In this document: positions 19,012 through 29,427 of the stretch, one piece after another
Numbering within the stretch: position 1 is the first letter of the stretch
Layout of the letters: each line of letters begins with the position of its first letter
From: Candidatus Bathyarchaeia archaeon
Lineage (GTDB): Archaea; Thermoproteota; Bathyarchaeia; Bathyarchaeales; Bathycorpusculaceae
DNA length: 64,000 nt
NCBI GenBank assembly: GCA_049515895.1
Contig: JBEKTQ010000023.1
Location: forward strand, 1-64,000
Direction: 5' to 3'
Position numbers and translations under genes: made by a program
The notes under the pieces: model-generated
Databases searched by the model: none
Seen by the model: only the letters and a program-made list of their open reading frames with translations
What the model was told of the DNA's origin: nothing

Positions 19012-19686
19012 CTAACTGCTCCCGCTACATTGAATACCGTCTAGAGTGCTAGTGTTTAGATTACCAGAAGAATTAGAGTAACCGTTTTGAAGGCCTGCTA
19101 GGTCCAAATTTGCGGGGTTCTGTTGGTTTTCCACATTAAGGTAAACTGAGTTCCACCAAACGCTATGTCCTCCAGCAGTGTAAACAGTTACCTTATACGC
19201 CCCGTTTCCTGGTATAGGCAACGCAAGAGTACCAGTCACGGGATTCTGGCTAGTCCCAGGCCATGGAGGCACCGCATAATTTGCCTCATAACTTTGTCCA
19301 GTATCTGACCTAACAGCGACGTATCTTACAATCTGGTCCTTGTACCAATTGTTAACTTTAAGCCAGCTTGGATAAACCGTTCCTTGAGTGGCAGCTGCGG
19401 TTGGTGTAGGTGTTCCTGATGAGGGTGTGGTTGACAGCAGATTACCCAGAGATCCGGTAGCCACCAATATAACAACAATAAATCCGAGGACAAAAACGAT
19501 TGCCAGTACAGGGCCCAACTTTTGCGGTTTGCCGGCCGTTCTTTTCATTCTGTTATTTATTTGATGAGAAGGAACACTGGGACTTACAGCGACTCGTTCG
19601 CCATTTCTAATAATTCTCGCGCCACAATCGGAGCAGAACTTTACATCTACGCTAATTTCAGCACCACATTCTGGGCAAAACGGCAA
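19012..19686 (-). CDS. Zinc-ribbon membrane-anchored protein
   Basis: CPECG..FCSDCG double zinc ribbon, one TM helix, extracellular domain. Confidence 0.75.
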   Translation of the reverse strand: MPFCPECGAEISVDVKFCSDCGARIIRNGERVAVSPSVPSHQINNRMKRTAGKPQKLGPVLAIVFVLGFIVVILVATGSLGNLLSTTPSSGTPTPTAAATQGTVYPSWLKVNNWYKDQIVRYVAVRSDTGQSYEANYAVPPWPGTSQNPVTGTLALPIPGNGAYKVTVYTAGGHSVWWNSVYLNVENQQNPANLDLAGLQNGYSNSSGNLNTSTLDGIQCSGSS

Positions 19687-19795
19687 TTTGACATCCTCTT
19701 TTTATGATTTATGAGAACTAAGTGTAGAGAGAGTAACTTAAATCTTACTAATTAATATACAATATTTTCTATCTAGTATTCTAAAAATACCAAAG

Positions 19796-19856
19796 AAAAA
19801 AGGGGATTTGCGGGTGACATCTCCACTCAGAGCAGGGTTCAAATCCCCCCGATCCA
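19796..19856 (+). repeat. attR-like site: conserved arm plus tRNA-Ala 3' end
   Basis: GGGATTTGCGGGTGACATCTCCACTCAGAGC + GGTTCAAATCCCCCCGATCCA. Confidence 0.85.
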
Positions 19857-20081
19857 CTCATCCATGCATTCCGTGTTTTGTCTCAAGAATTCGCAAATTG
19901 CGGAACATAACAAGCTTGAATTAGGGTTTTGCTGAGGCTCTGGAAGGAAGAAGAGAAACAGATCTGATTGCAGCCGATAGCGAATGGAGACTAAAGCCCT
20001 CTGAGGTCTAGGTCTTTAATCATTGCTTTGAAGGATTAAAAAAATAAAAAAGGAAGGAGGTCTTTTGCTTTTGGTCTTGGT

Positions 20082-22832
20082 TTACGGTCGTTTTCTCAGC
20101 GTTATCATTGCCAGTGCTGCGATTCCCACGATTATGACAATTATGATTGCAATTCCAATGTACATGACGGTGGTTTGCGTGGCTAAACCGGTAAGCGGCG
20201 TGCTTGTGGGTGCTGGTGTTGCTGCTGCATTGCTGGCGTAGAAATATGTTTCAGCGGTCGATGGATAGTATGATTGTGTGCCTGCAAAACTGGCGAAGAC
20301 GGTATACTGACCTGCTATGTCAGGTTTCCATGTGAAGCCGAACGAGCCGCTGGCATCGCTTGTAGTTGTGCCGATCTGTCTGTAGTTGTTGTTGGAATCG
20401 AGGACGAACAGGTCAACTTTGACGCCTGTGACATTGGAGGGCATAGGCTGCTGCATGTAAACATACTCCATCCACGGAGTCATACTTGCATCAGAAACGC
20501 AAGGAACTCCGTGCGGAAAGTTCGCTGCTTGTTCTAGTTGGTGTGTGCCCGCAGAGGTGTCGATGACTGCCCCCGTTATCGTCACGGGTGTTGCGGTCGT
20601 TATGCCAACGCCAGTTACTTCAACGGTTGTAGCGCTAGGTCCTTTGCTGTAGGCGTATACCTGGTTGTCGTATGCATTTTCCGCTGTCATGATGCCGTCG
20701 ACAATGGGGGCAGGACCCGTAACGTAAAAGCCCATTATACTCCATATCAGCTTTCCAGTAGTAGTGTTTATTGCCAGTTCCGATGCTCCGCGGAATAGGG
20801 GCGGAGAATACTCATGACCCTCATTGAGGAACCACACTCCATCAGCAACAGAACCTCCGCTAAAAACCCATAGTGGCCATACGCCGTAAGGAGTATCTGA
20901 GCCAGCGTTACCAGATGCTGTATTTGTATTCGTATACCATAAGACAGTTCCTGTCAGTATGTTAATAGCCCACATGTCTCCTCCGAAACCCATCAAGTAA
21001 AGCGTGCCATTGTCGCCGAGTACGGATTGGTAGCCGCCAATTGCACTGTATGGATTAGGGACTGGGATTCCGCCGTTTGTACCTGTGAGTTGAAGTGGGC
21101 CCCATAGTTGCGCGCCTGTTTTCATGCTGTAGCCATATAATGTGCCGAACCCGTTGTTTTCTTCAACAAGGACTCCCCATCCGCCTACTCTGGTATCTAC
21201 TCGAGTGTAGGGTGATAGCGTTCTATTGGTTACCCATAGCTGTGCGCCGTTTGTTGAGCTGTAGCCTGCTTCAACTTCCCACCCAACATTAAAGCTTAAA
21301 GCTGTTGTAGGTCGGTCAGTCATAAGTACCTCGCCGCTGTCGACAGTAGTGATCGAGAGGCTTCCAGTTATTGGTGCGGTATTAATGGCAGTAGCTACAG
21401 GTGTGCGCCACATTATTCCGTTAGCGAAGTCGTAGAGCCGATATAGTGTAGGTCTCCAAGACCAAGAATTTGCAGTAGTGCCTGGTATATAGCCGCTTGG
21501 GTACAGAATACACTGCGTCGAGTTCCAGAGGTTAAGTGAAGGTCCAGTGTTAGTGACCTGTGTTCCTATGATTGTTTGTGTACCAGCGGTCGAGTTAATA
21601 TAGTAGCCTATCAAGTCTCCGCCTTGACTTTCCGTAAGCGTCATTCCAGTGCCGTTGATGATGCTGCAGACATATTGCCCAGTCATGGCATCAATCATGT
21701 CATAAGTGGTGCTTCCTGGGGCAAGATGGAACCCAGCAACGTTGGATGCGACAGATTGACCGGTAATGAAAGCGGGAGTTCCTGTGAACCATAGGTATGC
21801 GATAGATCCAAACTGGTTGGGGGACACGTAATCGAGTATTTGACCGCATCTTAGACTCAGAATTCCGCCGGTGGCTGTTAGCAGGGTAGCGTTTGCAGTT
21901 GAATATCCCGTTGATGGTTGGACAGTTGAATAAGTATCCTCCCATATTTTGCTTCCCGTGCGTAAGTCAATGGCAATCGTGCCTGCTGGAGTACCTATAG
22001 AAGTTGGGAATTCCTCGTAGTACATTATGCCGTTCATGATTACTGTTGCCCACTTTGGCTCGTATTGCGAAGATGAATAGTAGTTGCTTGTTTCAGATCC
22101 GCCGAATTCTCCTCCGACTAAGCCTCCGAACGCAACGGGCCTTGTCCAGATGATGTGAGCGGTCTTTGGCGCTATAGTGTATGGATTATAGTTTCCAGTA
22201 ATATTGTACACTCCGGTGGTGGCGAAAGCATATGCGCTTAGCCCAAGCCAGTTCCCTGTAATGGTAGACCATAAGCCGTTCACGGATTGTACTGGGCGTG
22301 TCCAGTAATTTGTTGGAAGTGGAGTTTGCGGTAAAGATGGTACTGGCTCCTGCTGCACTGTAAGCGTTGCTGGACTGCTTGTGGAAGGGGCAAATGTATC
22401 ATTGATATAGTCGTTAGGTGCCGAGTGATTTGCACCTGCTAATATATCGCCTTGGAAGTTGAGTACAAAAGTGTAGTTGCCAAGGGTAGTGGGCGTATAC
22501 AGAGTATAGGTTCCTCCAGTATCGTCGGTTGTAAAAGGTCCCAGTGTTTGGGTAGTTCCATCAGGCTTGGTGACTGTCACTTTAAGATTGTGCCATCTAT
22601 CTCCAAATGCTCCAGCAGCTGTGGGTGGCGGTATTTGGAGCCAGAAGCCGACGGTAACAGTTTGGCCTATACCACAAGGGTTAGGCGAGACATTAATGTA
22701 AGCATACGTTGGAATTGTCCATGGCGGTGAATGCGCATTTGCGTTTGGTATTAATGTCATTGAAGCTGTCATTGAAAGTATAAAGAATAAACAAATTGTT
22801 ATAGCTGCAATTTTATTTTTTAGCATTTTCAT
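20082..22832 (-). CDS. Large secreted PQQ-like beta-propeller cell-surface protein
   Basis: Signal peptide (ATG 22832, RBS AGGAG), repeated xxTGxxLW propeller motifs, C-terminal TM plus RKRP. Confidence 0.85.
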   Translation of the reverse strand: MKMLKNKIAAITICLFFILSMTASMTLIPNANAHSPPWTIPTYAYINVSPNPCGIGQTVTVGFWLQIPPPTAAGAFGDRWHNLKVTVTKPDGTTQTLGPFTTDDTGGTYTLYTPTTLGNYTFVLNFQGDILAGANHSAPNDYINDTFAPSTSSPATLTVQQEPVPSLPQTPLPTNYWTRPVQSVNGLWSTITGNWLGLSAYAFATTGVYNITGNYNPYTIAPKTAHIIWTRPVAFGGLVGGEFGGSETSNYYSSSQYEPKWATVIMNGIMYYEEFPTSIGTPAGTIAIDLRTGSKIWEDTYSTVQPSTGYSTANATLLTATGGILSLRCGQILDYVSPNQFGSIAYLWFTGTPAFITGQSVASNVAGFHLAPGSTTYDMIDAMTGQYVCSIINGTGMTLTESQGGDLIGYYINSTAGTQTIIGTQVTNTGPSLNLWNSTQCILYPSGYIPGTTANSWSWRPTLYRLYDFANGIMWRTPVATAINTAPITGSLSITTVDSGEVLMTDRPTTALSFNVGWEVEAGYSSTNGAQLWVTNRTLSPYTRVDTRVGGWGVLVEENNGFGTLYGYSMKTGAQLWGPLQLTGTNGGIPVPNPYSAIGGYQSVLGDNGTLYLMGFGGDMWAINILTGTVLWYTNTNTASGNAGSDTPYGVWPLWVFSGGSVADGVWFLNEGHEYSPPLFRGASELAINTTTGKLIWSIMGFYVTGPAPIVDGIMTAENAYDNQVYAYSKGPSATTVEVTGVGITTATPVTITGAVIDTSAGTHQLEQAANFPHGVPCVSDASMTPWMEYVYMQQPMPSNVTGVKVDLFVLDSNNNYRQIGTTTSDASGSFGFTWKPDIAGQYTVFASFAGTQSYYPSTAETYFYASNAAATPAPTSTPLTGLATQTTVMYIGIAIIIVIIVGIAALAMITLRKRP

Positions 22833-23051
22833 TTTTCTCCTAATCTTGTTTTGCGCTGGGAAGAGGCATGAAGCTGCCTCTTCTCTCAGCAGAACTCCCT
22901 TTACCCTTTTTAGTATAAGTAATTTACCTAATTTTCTACGAGCGAATCTTAGCGAATAAGCGCCTTTTTCCATTAATAAAGAACACAAAATCAATCTAAA
23001 CTTCGGTATTAATTCAAAAAAATAACACTTGACAGACTAACTCTTAAAAAT

Positions 23052-23113
23052 AAAGGAGAAGGGAATTTTGCGAGTGAAATCACGGCAGTTCTGGGGTTCA
23101 AATCCCCGATCCA
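23052..23113 (+). repeat. Degenerate attR-like site (arm plus tRNA 3' end)
   Basis: GGGAATTTTGCGAGTGAAATC..GGGGTTCAAATCCCCGATCCA. Confidence 0.7.
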
Positions 23114-23212
23114 CATAAAATTTTTTACTTCGACAATCCTTATGTTTAGACTTGGAGATTGGTTACTTTGAGGAAAAAAAGAAACACGTTAGTTTTGGAG
23201 AAGCGTTCGTAA

Positions 23213-23527
23213 TTGAACTCAACACCAAGTAATTCTGAAAAGATGGAACAAGAACCAAGCTCTGTTGACATATCTCTTCTGGACATCTATCAGCTCCTAA
23301 ATTTGTTCGTCATGCTATTAAGTGAACAAGCCTGGCGATACATAGGATTAAGGATTTATCCAGGCACGAATGAAATAAAGAAAGATCTTGTCAAAGCACA
23401 CGTCGCCATTGACTGCATAATCGCGCTTGTCGACAAGATGGAGCCTTACCTAGATGATGCAGAAAAAGAACGCTTAAGAAGGCTAATAACAGACCTTCAA
23501 ATAAACTACGCGGAACAAATGAAATAA
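23213..23527 (+). CDS. DUF1844-like protein
   Basis: QAWRYIGL...DLVKAHVAID...LITDLQINY. Confidence 0.75.
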   Translation: MNSTPSNSEKMEQEPSSVDISLLDIYQLLNLFVMLLSEQAWRYIGLRIYPGTNEIKKDLVKAHVAIDCIIALVDKMEPYLDDAEKERLRRLITDLQINYAEQMK

Positions 23528-23615
23528 TTTCTCAGAGCACACCCAAGTGGTTTTCGTTCTTTTTTGAAAAGCACACGATAATTCTCTAAAAGAAGAAAAT
23601 AAAAAGAGAGTTTCT

Positions 23616-24896
23616 TTAGCTTGCAGCTGTGGCAGTTACTGAGGCCGTTTGGAAGCCTTCCCCTGACAGCTGTATTGTGTAGCTGTTGCCAACGATGGGT
23701 GTTATTGAAGTGTCGCTGAGATCACGTAGGAAACCATAGGGCAGCGATACGACTCCTGTGAAGCTTAAGGTGACTGATTGACCGGGTTGCACGACAACGT
23801 AAGAAGATTCTGCAGCGCCTGTTCTGTCATCGGGTAAACGAGTAATCGGATTAATCGGTTGCATTCCTCGCCCCATGCCAAGCCTCTCCATCGGTACTAA
23901 GAAAGGTCCATTTGTTTGGGGTTCATAGCTTGTTCCAACAACTGAAGGGGAACTGATGTCGTGGGGAATCATCGGTTGCATTAATCCAGGGCCAAAGGGC
24001 GGAACCAGTGAGGTGCCATTGATTCTGAAGGGCATCATTGTTGTGCCAAATTGTTGGCCCATTCTGACGCCTGGCATATAGAAGTCTGGCTGGTTGAAGG
24101 GTGTGTTAAATTCGCCGCTGAGGGCTACTCCAAAGATTCTGAAGGTTATGTCGCCACTGTTCTGCATCGTTACAGAGAGGCTTGTCACGTTACCCTTAAC
24201 TGAAAGCGAGGCTGACGAGATTGAGAGGTCGCTTGAGACACTTTGGACAACGCGGATCATTCTTTCTCTATTGTATTCTCCCAGCTTAACGATTGTTCCG
24301 ACTCTGATTTGAGCCGAGCTAAGACCATTGACTACCACTGCGTTTGCGCTTGGAACTAGCACATAATAGCTAACGGGATTTCCATTAGCGTCGTCAGATC
24401 GGATCTGCACCAGCGTGGGGTTGAAGTCGACGAGCACGCCTGAGAGGGTTTGGTTAACTTGGGCGTTTGCGATCTGCAACACCATGGTGTCTGAAAGAGT
24501 TGTGAGGTCGTAGGAAGTTCCGTTAATCTCAGCTTTCACGTTGGCGATTGTGAACTGAACCTTGTCTACTGTGGAGTTGAATGGGATTGTGGCTGAGGCA
24601 AGAGTTTGGGTCAAATTAACAAGCGCAAAAGAGTTGACGGTTCCTGAACCTGCGACGGAGAGCCATTGAGAGGTGCCATCGCTTTGGACGACATGTAATG
24701 AAAGGGCTGAGTAAGTGAAGTTGAGCTGAGTTGTTCCAGCAGGCACGGTCGGCGGATCGGTGAGCATTATTGCAAAATTAGATTTCGCAGAAACCTTAGG
24801 CAGAAAACTTGGGTTAGCGAACATCGCGACGGCGATTACCAAAATAGCTGCTAATACTGCGGCTACTCCATATTTAAAGGTCCATTTTCTGTACAT
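23616..24896 (-). CDS. Secreted DUF4382-like protein
   Basis: N-terminal signal/TM, FAIMLTDPP motif. Confidence 0.65.
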   Translation of the reverse strand: MYRKWTFKYGVAAVLAAILVIAVAMFANPSFLPKVSAKSNFAIMLTDPPTVPAGTTQLNFTYSALSLHVVQSDGTSQWLSVAGSGTVNSFALVNLTQTLASATIPFNSTVDKVQFTIANVKAEINGTSYDLTTLSDTMVLQIANAQVNQTLSGVLVDFNPTLVQIRSDDANGNPVSYYVLVPSANAVVVNGLSSAQIRVGTIVKLGEYNRERMIRVVQSVSSDLSISSASLSVKGNVTSLSVTMQNSGDITFRIFGVALSGEFNTPFNQPDFYMPGVRMGQQFGTTMMPFRINGTSLVPPFGPGLMQPMIPHDISSPSVVGTSYEPQTNGPFLVPMERLGMGRGMQPINPITRLPDDRTGAAESSYVVVQPGQSVTLSFTGVVSLPYGFLRDLSDTSITPIVGNSYTIQLSGEGFQTASVTATAAS

Positions 24897-25006
24897 TTTT
24901 CATCGATAAGCAATTGGCAGAATCTCTTTAAAACCTACATTTTTTAAAACCCGTTAAAAACCCTTTAACAAGCTTTCAAAACCCTTTAATCATTAAGCTA
25001 AAGGAA

Positions 25007-25066
25007 CTGAGGATAAGTAAAACCGGAAAGCCTTTCCCTCTATATCCCCAAATTTTCTGAAGACCA
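25007..25066 (+). repeat. Partial (right half) palindromic repeat copy F
   Basis: CTGAGGATAAGTAAAACCGGAAAGCCTTTCCCTCTAT..AATTTTCTGAAGACC aligns to the right half of copy E. Confidence 0.65.
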
Positions 25067-25166
25067 TGCGCGTACCCAAATAGGTTGTGCCTTATGCGGT
25101 CATAGGAAACTCGCTGTATCACGAAGGTGAGAACCCTTTTATAGCCAACTTTTCAGAGTCATACTG

Positions 25167-25469
25167 GTGATAATTTTGTCGAATTTTATTGTTCTAGGAA
25201 ACTGGACTGAACAGGGCATAAAAAATGTCGCAGAGGTTCCGGAAAGAGTCAAGCAAAGCAGAAAAATGATTGAAAATGCCGGCGGAAAAATGCAGTTCTT
25301 CACAACCATGGGGAAATATGATTTTGTGCTTCTAGTTGAAATTCCAAAGGATGAAGACATGGCGGCAATAGCTTTGTGCTTAGGCAGCATGGGAAACATC
25401 CGCACAATAACTATGAAAGCTTGGACAGAGGCAGAAGCAACCAAACTGTTCACGACACCTCACCCATAG
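25167..25469 (+). CDS. GYD domain protein
   Basis: WTEQGIKNV, TMGKYDFV, GNIRT.TMKA. Confidence 0.85.
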   Translation: MIILSNFIVLGNWTEQGIKNVAEVPERVKQSRKMIENAGGKMQFFTTMGKYDFVLLVEIPKDEDMAAIALCLGSMGNIRTITMKAWTEAEATKLFTTPHP

Positions 25470-25598
25470 CTTTACTTTAACCCTTTTCAACCTCTAACTT
25501 TTTTCTTCGCTAAAGCCATCTTTTCATTTTGTTTCAAATTAGCCACAGAACATGATGGTTTATCAGTTAGCAAGAGAAAATAATCTAGTGGGTTTTTC

Positions 25599-26510
25599 AT
25601 GATAACAATTATCGGGGCTGGAAAAGTGGGCAGCGAAGCAGCCTACAATATTTTACAAGACAGAATAAGCGACGTGGTCTTAATTGACTTGTATCAAGAA
25701 CTCGCGCAGGGCGAAGCATTGGACATGATGCAGGCAGCGCCAGCAATCGAGTTTGACGGAAAAATCCACGGCACAAACGACTTCAAAGAAATGGGAGGAA
25801 GCGAACTAGTCATCGTGGTTGCGGGACAAGGCCGAAAGCCAGACATGACCAGAATCGACCTCATGAACAACAACGCTAAAGTCATCCGCTCCATAGTGAA
25901 GGAAGTCGCGAAATATGCACCAGACTGCAAGCTTATGATAGTCACCAACCCAGTAGACATTATGACCTTCATCGCACGCAAAGAATCAGGCTTGCCGCCT
26001 AACCACGTGTTTGGTATGGGCAACATTCTGGATACACTCAGGTTCAGAAGCTACATTGCACAAGAACTGAACGTGTCCAGAGAGGACACATGCGCCTTAG
26101 TTATAGGCGAACATGGAGACAGCATGGTTCCATTAGTGGAATACGCGTGTGTCTCGGGAATCCCCATAACCACACTGCTCACTAAAGAGCAAATTGCGAA
26201 GATAGTCCACCAGACGATAAATTCAGGCGCAGACGTCATCAAACTCAAGGGTAGCACAATCTATGCTCCAGCAGCAGTCATCGCCATGATGGCAGACTCC
26301 GTTCTTAAAGGCAGAAACCGGGTCATGAGCGTGTCAACATGCCCAAGCGGCGAATACGGCTGTAGCAATTATTCAATAGGCGTACCAGTGGTTCTTGGAA
26401 AAAATGGAGTGGAAAGGATAATAGAACTCGAACTCGCATCCGAATCAAAACAGCGCTTCGAAAAATCCATAGAAACGATAAAAACTGCCATTACACAGCT
26501 ACAGTTCTAG
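25599..26510 (+). CDS. mdh: Malate dehydrogenase (LDH-like)
   Basis: IIGAGKVG, RKPDMTRIDL, VTNPVD, LDTLRF, GEHGD. Confidence 0.9.
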   Translation: MITIIGAGKVGSEAAYNILQDRISDVVLIDLYQELAQGEALDMMQAAPAIEFDGKIHGTNDFKEMGGSELVIVVAGQGRKPDMTRIDLMNNNAKVIRSIVKEVAKYAPDCKLMIVTNPVDIMTFIARKESGLPPNHVFGMGNILDTLRFRSYIAQELNVSREDTCALVIGEHGDSMVPLVEYACVSGIPITTLLTKEQIAKIVHQTINSGADVIKLKGSTIYAPAAVIAMMADSVLKGRNRVMSVSTCPSGEYGCSNYSIGVPVVLGKNGVERIIELELASESKQRFEKSIETIKTAITQLQF

Positions 26511-26674
26511 TCGTTCAGTGATAATCTTTTCATAGACTTGGCGGTTCGCAGCAGTTCTTCTTCTTTGTCATCTGAATCACTTATTGTGCCAGGAGAGAGA
26601 CCGTTTCTTGCGCGCTTGCGTAGAGAAATAAAGGTGTTTCAACTCTAATTATTGGAGAATACCGATTCTAAAAG

Positions 26675-27412
26675 GTGCAGATAATGAGTAAAACTACAGG
26701 AGACGATTTCCAAATTGAGACAAAGTACACCCGCCACAATATCCTCGGTGGCAACTTGGACTGGAGAAACAAACCAGAAACATACAAAAGCTACCCAGGG
26801 AGCAAAACCGTTCAATTACCCGACCAGCTAAAAGAGGCCACCCTTAACTTTGCTGAAGTTCTCACGAGACGCAAGAGCATTCGAGCCTTCTCAACACAGC
26901 CTTTAACGAGAGCTGAGTTGGGTTTCCTTCTTTGGGCATCGACCGGCATCCAAAGAATAGAACACGGTTACGAGTTCCGAACCGCTCCGTCGGCTGGCGC
27001 ATTATACCCCATCGAGACATACATAGCCGCTAACAACGTGGAAAATGTGGATTGTGGCATTTACCATTACAACATAAAGAATCATCAGTTAGAAGAATTA
27101 AAGACCGGAAGTTTTGGCGCAGACTTAGCCCACGCTGCTTTGGACCAAGAGATGTGTGCAACCGCATCTGCCGTGTTCATCTGGACCGCTGTATTTAGGA
27201 GGTCAAAGTGGAAATACAAGCAGAGAGCCTACAGATACATCTATTTGGATGCAGGACACGTAGCCGAGAACTTGGCGTTGGCAACGGCAAGCATCAATTG
27301 TGGCTCCTGCCAAGTCGGGGCTTTCTTTGACGATGAAATTAACTCGATAGTGGTTATAGATGGAACGGAAGAAAGCGCAATTTGCCTTAGCGTAGTCGGC
27401 CATTCCAAATAA
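26675..27412 (+). CDS. SagB/ThcOx-type nitroreductase family protein
   Basis: RRKSIRAF, RTAPSAGALYPIE, YRYIYLDAGH. Confidence 0.9.
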   Translation: MQIMSKTTGDDFQIETKYTRHNILGGNLDWRNKPETYKSYPGSKTVQLPDQLKEATLNFAEVLTRRKSIRAFSTQPLTRAELGFLLWASTGIQRIEHGYEFRTAPSAGALYPIETYIAANNVENVDCGIYHYNIKNHQLEELKTGSFGADLAHAALDQEMCATASAVFIWTAVFRRSKWKYKQRAYRYIYLDAGHVAENLALATASINCGSCQVGAFFDDEINSIVVIDGTEESAICLSVVGHSK

Positions 27413-27951
27413 CAGCTGGATTCTCAAGTTTCCAAATTAGCATGATGCCTTCTAGAAAGACCTGGATCTTAAATCGGCTAAAGCCTTCCTGCTTTTCTAG
27501 GTCGTCGGCAGAGTAGTAATGGCAGATTAGGAGGAGGAAGTCGCTGCCGTGGTTGAGCCAGGCTCGGACGTCTTCGGCTGGGGCAAATAACTTGCATTCA
27601 AAACAGTCTCCTGCAAAACACACTGAACATCTTAAGGTAATGCCAAGTTTCTCAAGAATAACTCCAGTCCTGCAGCTGTCATAGACCTAAACAAGCCTAC
27701 AAATTCCGCTCACTCGCGTCATCTGGGTACTTTTTAGCTAATTCGCTCATGTCAGCCTCAAACAACAGCACAAACCTGACCTCGCCAAGACCCACGACGA
27801 AAACAGACCGCAAATCCTTAGCTTGCCACAAAATCTCGTTAATGTTGAACTTGCCAAGGCGTTCTCTGAGCTTAGCTTCGTATTCCTGGGCTTGACGCTG
27901 CAAACGTTCAAACCCTTCCCGATCAAACTCTTCCTTTTCAATTTTACTCAC
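27387..27951 (-). pseudogene. Decayed viral tail-assembly-chaperone (G/GT-type) gene pair
   Basis: GTG start 27951 with GGAGG RBS; internal stop and frameshifts; frame ending YLPQPKTSEPGSTTAATSSS* overlaps second frame LFAPAEDVRAWL...; family assignment inferred. Confidence 0.5.
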
Positions 27952-28042
27952 TATAATGTCCCTCCTCTGAATTCTTGTTATCATAATTATGATGGTTTTA
28001 AAAAATGCAAAAAACAATTGGAATTGGAAAATATGCCATTAG

Positions 28043-28888
28043 TTAATTGGCAGTATTGATATATAGCAAAGCTCCGTTAGGCTGGAAATCAGCGAAGAAT
28101 ACGCCATGACCAGTGTTGCCGCTTTGATATCCGCCGGTAAGTAGCATTGTCATGCCTTGATAAGATCCATACTTTTCCCACTGAATGGATATGCTTAATG
28201 TGTTTATGTTTGGGGGGGTTCCCGTCTTGTTCTGGTATGCTTCAATTGCACCTTTGTCGAACGAGTTTAGACCCAAGGAGTCAATCTGCTTTAGACTATC
28301 CGTATCTGTTTGCTGTGAAGGATAAATTAGAGATGATGGTCTTCCACCCCAAGTGGAAACTGATGCATGGTAAGGGTAGCCGTTGGAGGCAGCGAACCTG
28401 AAGGCTAAATTGGACGTTTGTTGATAGAGCACCACTTCTATGCTTCCCTGTCCAAAAGGATCTAATGATATACCTTCAACCACCACTTTGCTTGGGTGCT
28501 CTAGCACGAGAAATGCGAAGGCTGGCGAATTTTCTACGCTTTGTATTATCTTGGTTAATGAAGCATTCAAAATGTTGGAATATGAAAGGGTAACTCCGGA
28601 TTGCTGAGGTTCAAAGGACGGTGGGTAACCTGCATTCCAGAGTACAATTCCTTCAACGGCTGTGAAACTCACTGCGAAAATCATGACTGCGACTATCAAA
28701 TACTTGAAAATTCGCCTAACAGTGCCGCGAGAAACTAGCCAAACTAACCCGCCGATCACAGTTACACTGAGCACAAGAATCTCTATCCAAGAGTTGCTCA
28801 GGACAACAACCGAGGTGAACAGACCTATGGCTATCAGAATTCCTATAATGATGCTCTTACTGATTTCTTTTTTGTCGGTTGAAGTCAT
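28043..28888 (-). CDS. Hypothetical membrane protein
   Basis: Three N-terminal TM helices then an extracellular domain. Confidence 0.7.
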   Translation of the reverse strand: MTSTDKKEISKSIIIGILIAIGLFTSVVVLSNSWIEILVLSVTVIGGLVWLVSRGTVRRIFKYLIVAVMIFAVSFTAVEGIVLWNAGYPPSFEPQQSGVTLSYSNILNASLTKIIQSVENSPAFAFLVLEHPSKVVVEGISLDPFGQGSIEVVLYQQTSNLAFRFAASNGYPYHASVSTWGGRPSSLIYPSQQTDTDSLKQIDSLGLNSFDKGAIEAYQNKTGTPPNINTLSISIQWEKYGSYQGMTMLLTGGYQSGNTGHGVFFADFQPNGALLYINTAN

Positions 28889-28974
28889 TACTCAAGCCCC
28901 TAACGTGTTTATTGAAATGTGCTCGAATATAATGCAACACTTTTGTACAAATGTACAACTTTCAAATATCGTGG

Positions 28975-29427
28975 TCAAACCAGTTTTTGTTTCCATATTC
29001 GAACACATTCATAAATTGTAACTAGAATGGCTGTTAATCCAATGAGAGTTGCGAGAATATTGCTCGGATTAAGCTGGAAAGAACCTTCAACCCAAACTGA
29101 AATAACATATAGCAGGAAAAGGGTTGAGAAAAATGCCGCATAAAAAACATACCGAGGCAAAAGCAAGGAGCCAAACTTTACAAGTTGCGTCAATACGCCA
29201 ACCTTAACCTCTTTTGTCAAAACATAACCTTCGGTTGTTTTTTCGATTAAATGCAGACTCTCAAGTTTCTCCAAGTGGTATGTGGCAAGACCTGGGCTTG
29301 AGAAATCCAGTTTTCTCTGCACTTCCCTAGCACCCATCGCACGGCCATTTCGCACTAAGCAAAGGTAGACAAGCAAGGTGTTTCCTCTCAATTCACTAAA
29401 AGCCTTTAAGTCCTCTTCTTTGCTCAA
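28975..29427 (-). CDS. Membrane-anchored winged-HTH regulator
   Basis: LRGNTL.VY..L, GAREVQRKL.FSSP.LA.YHLEKL, two C-terminal TMs. Confidence 0.8.
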   Translation of the reverse strand: MSKEEDLKAFSELRGNTLLVYLCLVRNGRAMGAREVQRKLDFSSPGLATYHLEKLESLHLIEKTTEGYVLTKEVKVGVLTQLVKFGSLLLPRYVFYAAFFSTLFLLYVISVWVEGSFQLNPSNILATLIGLTAILVTIYECVRIWKQKLV

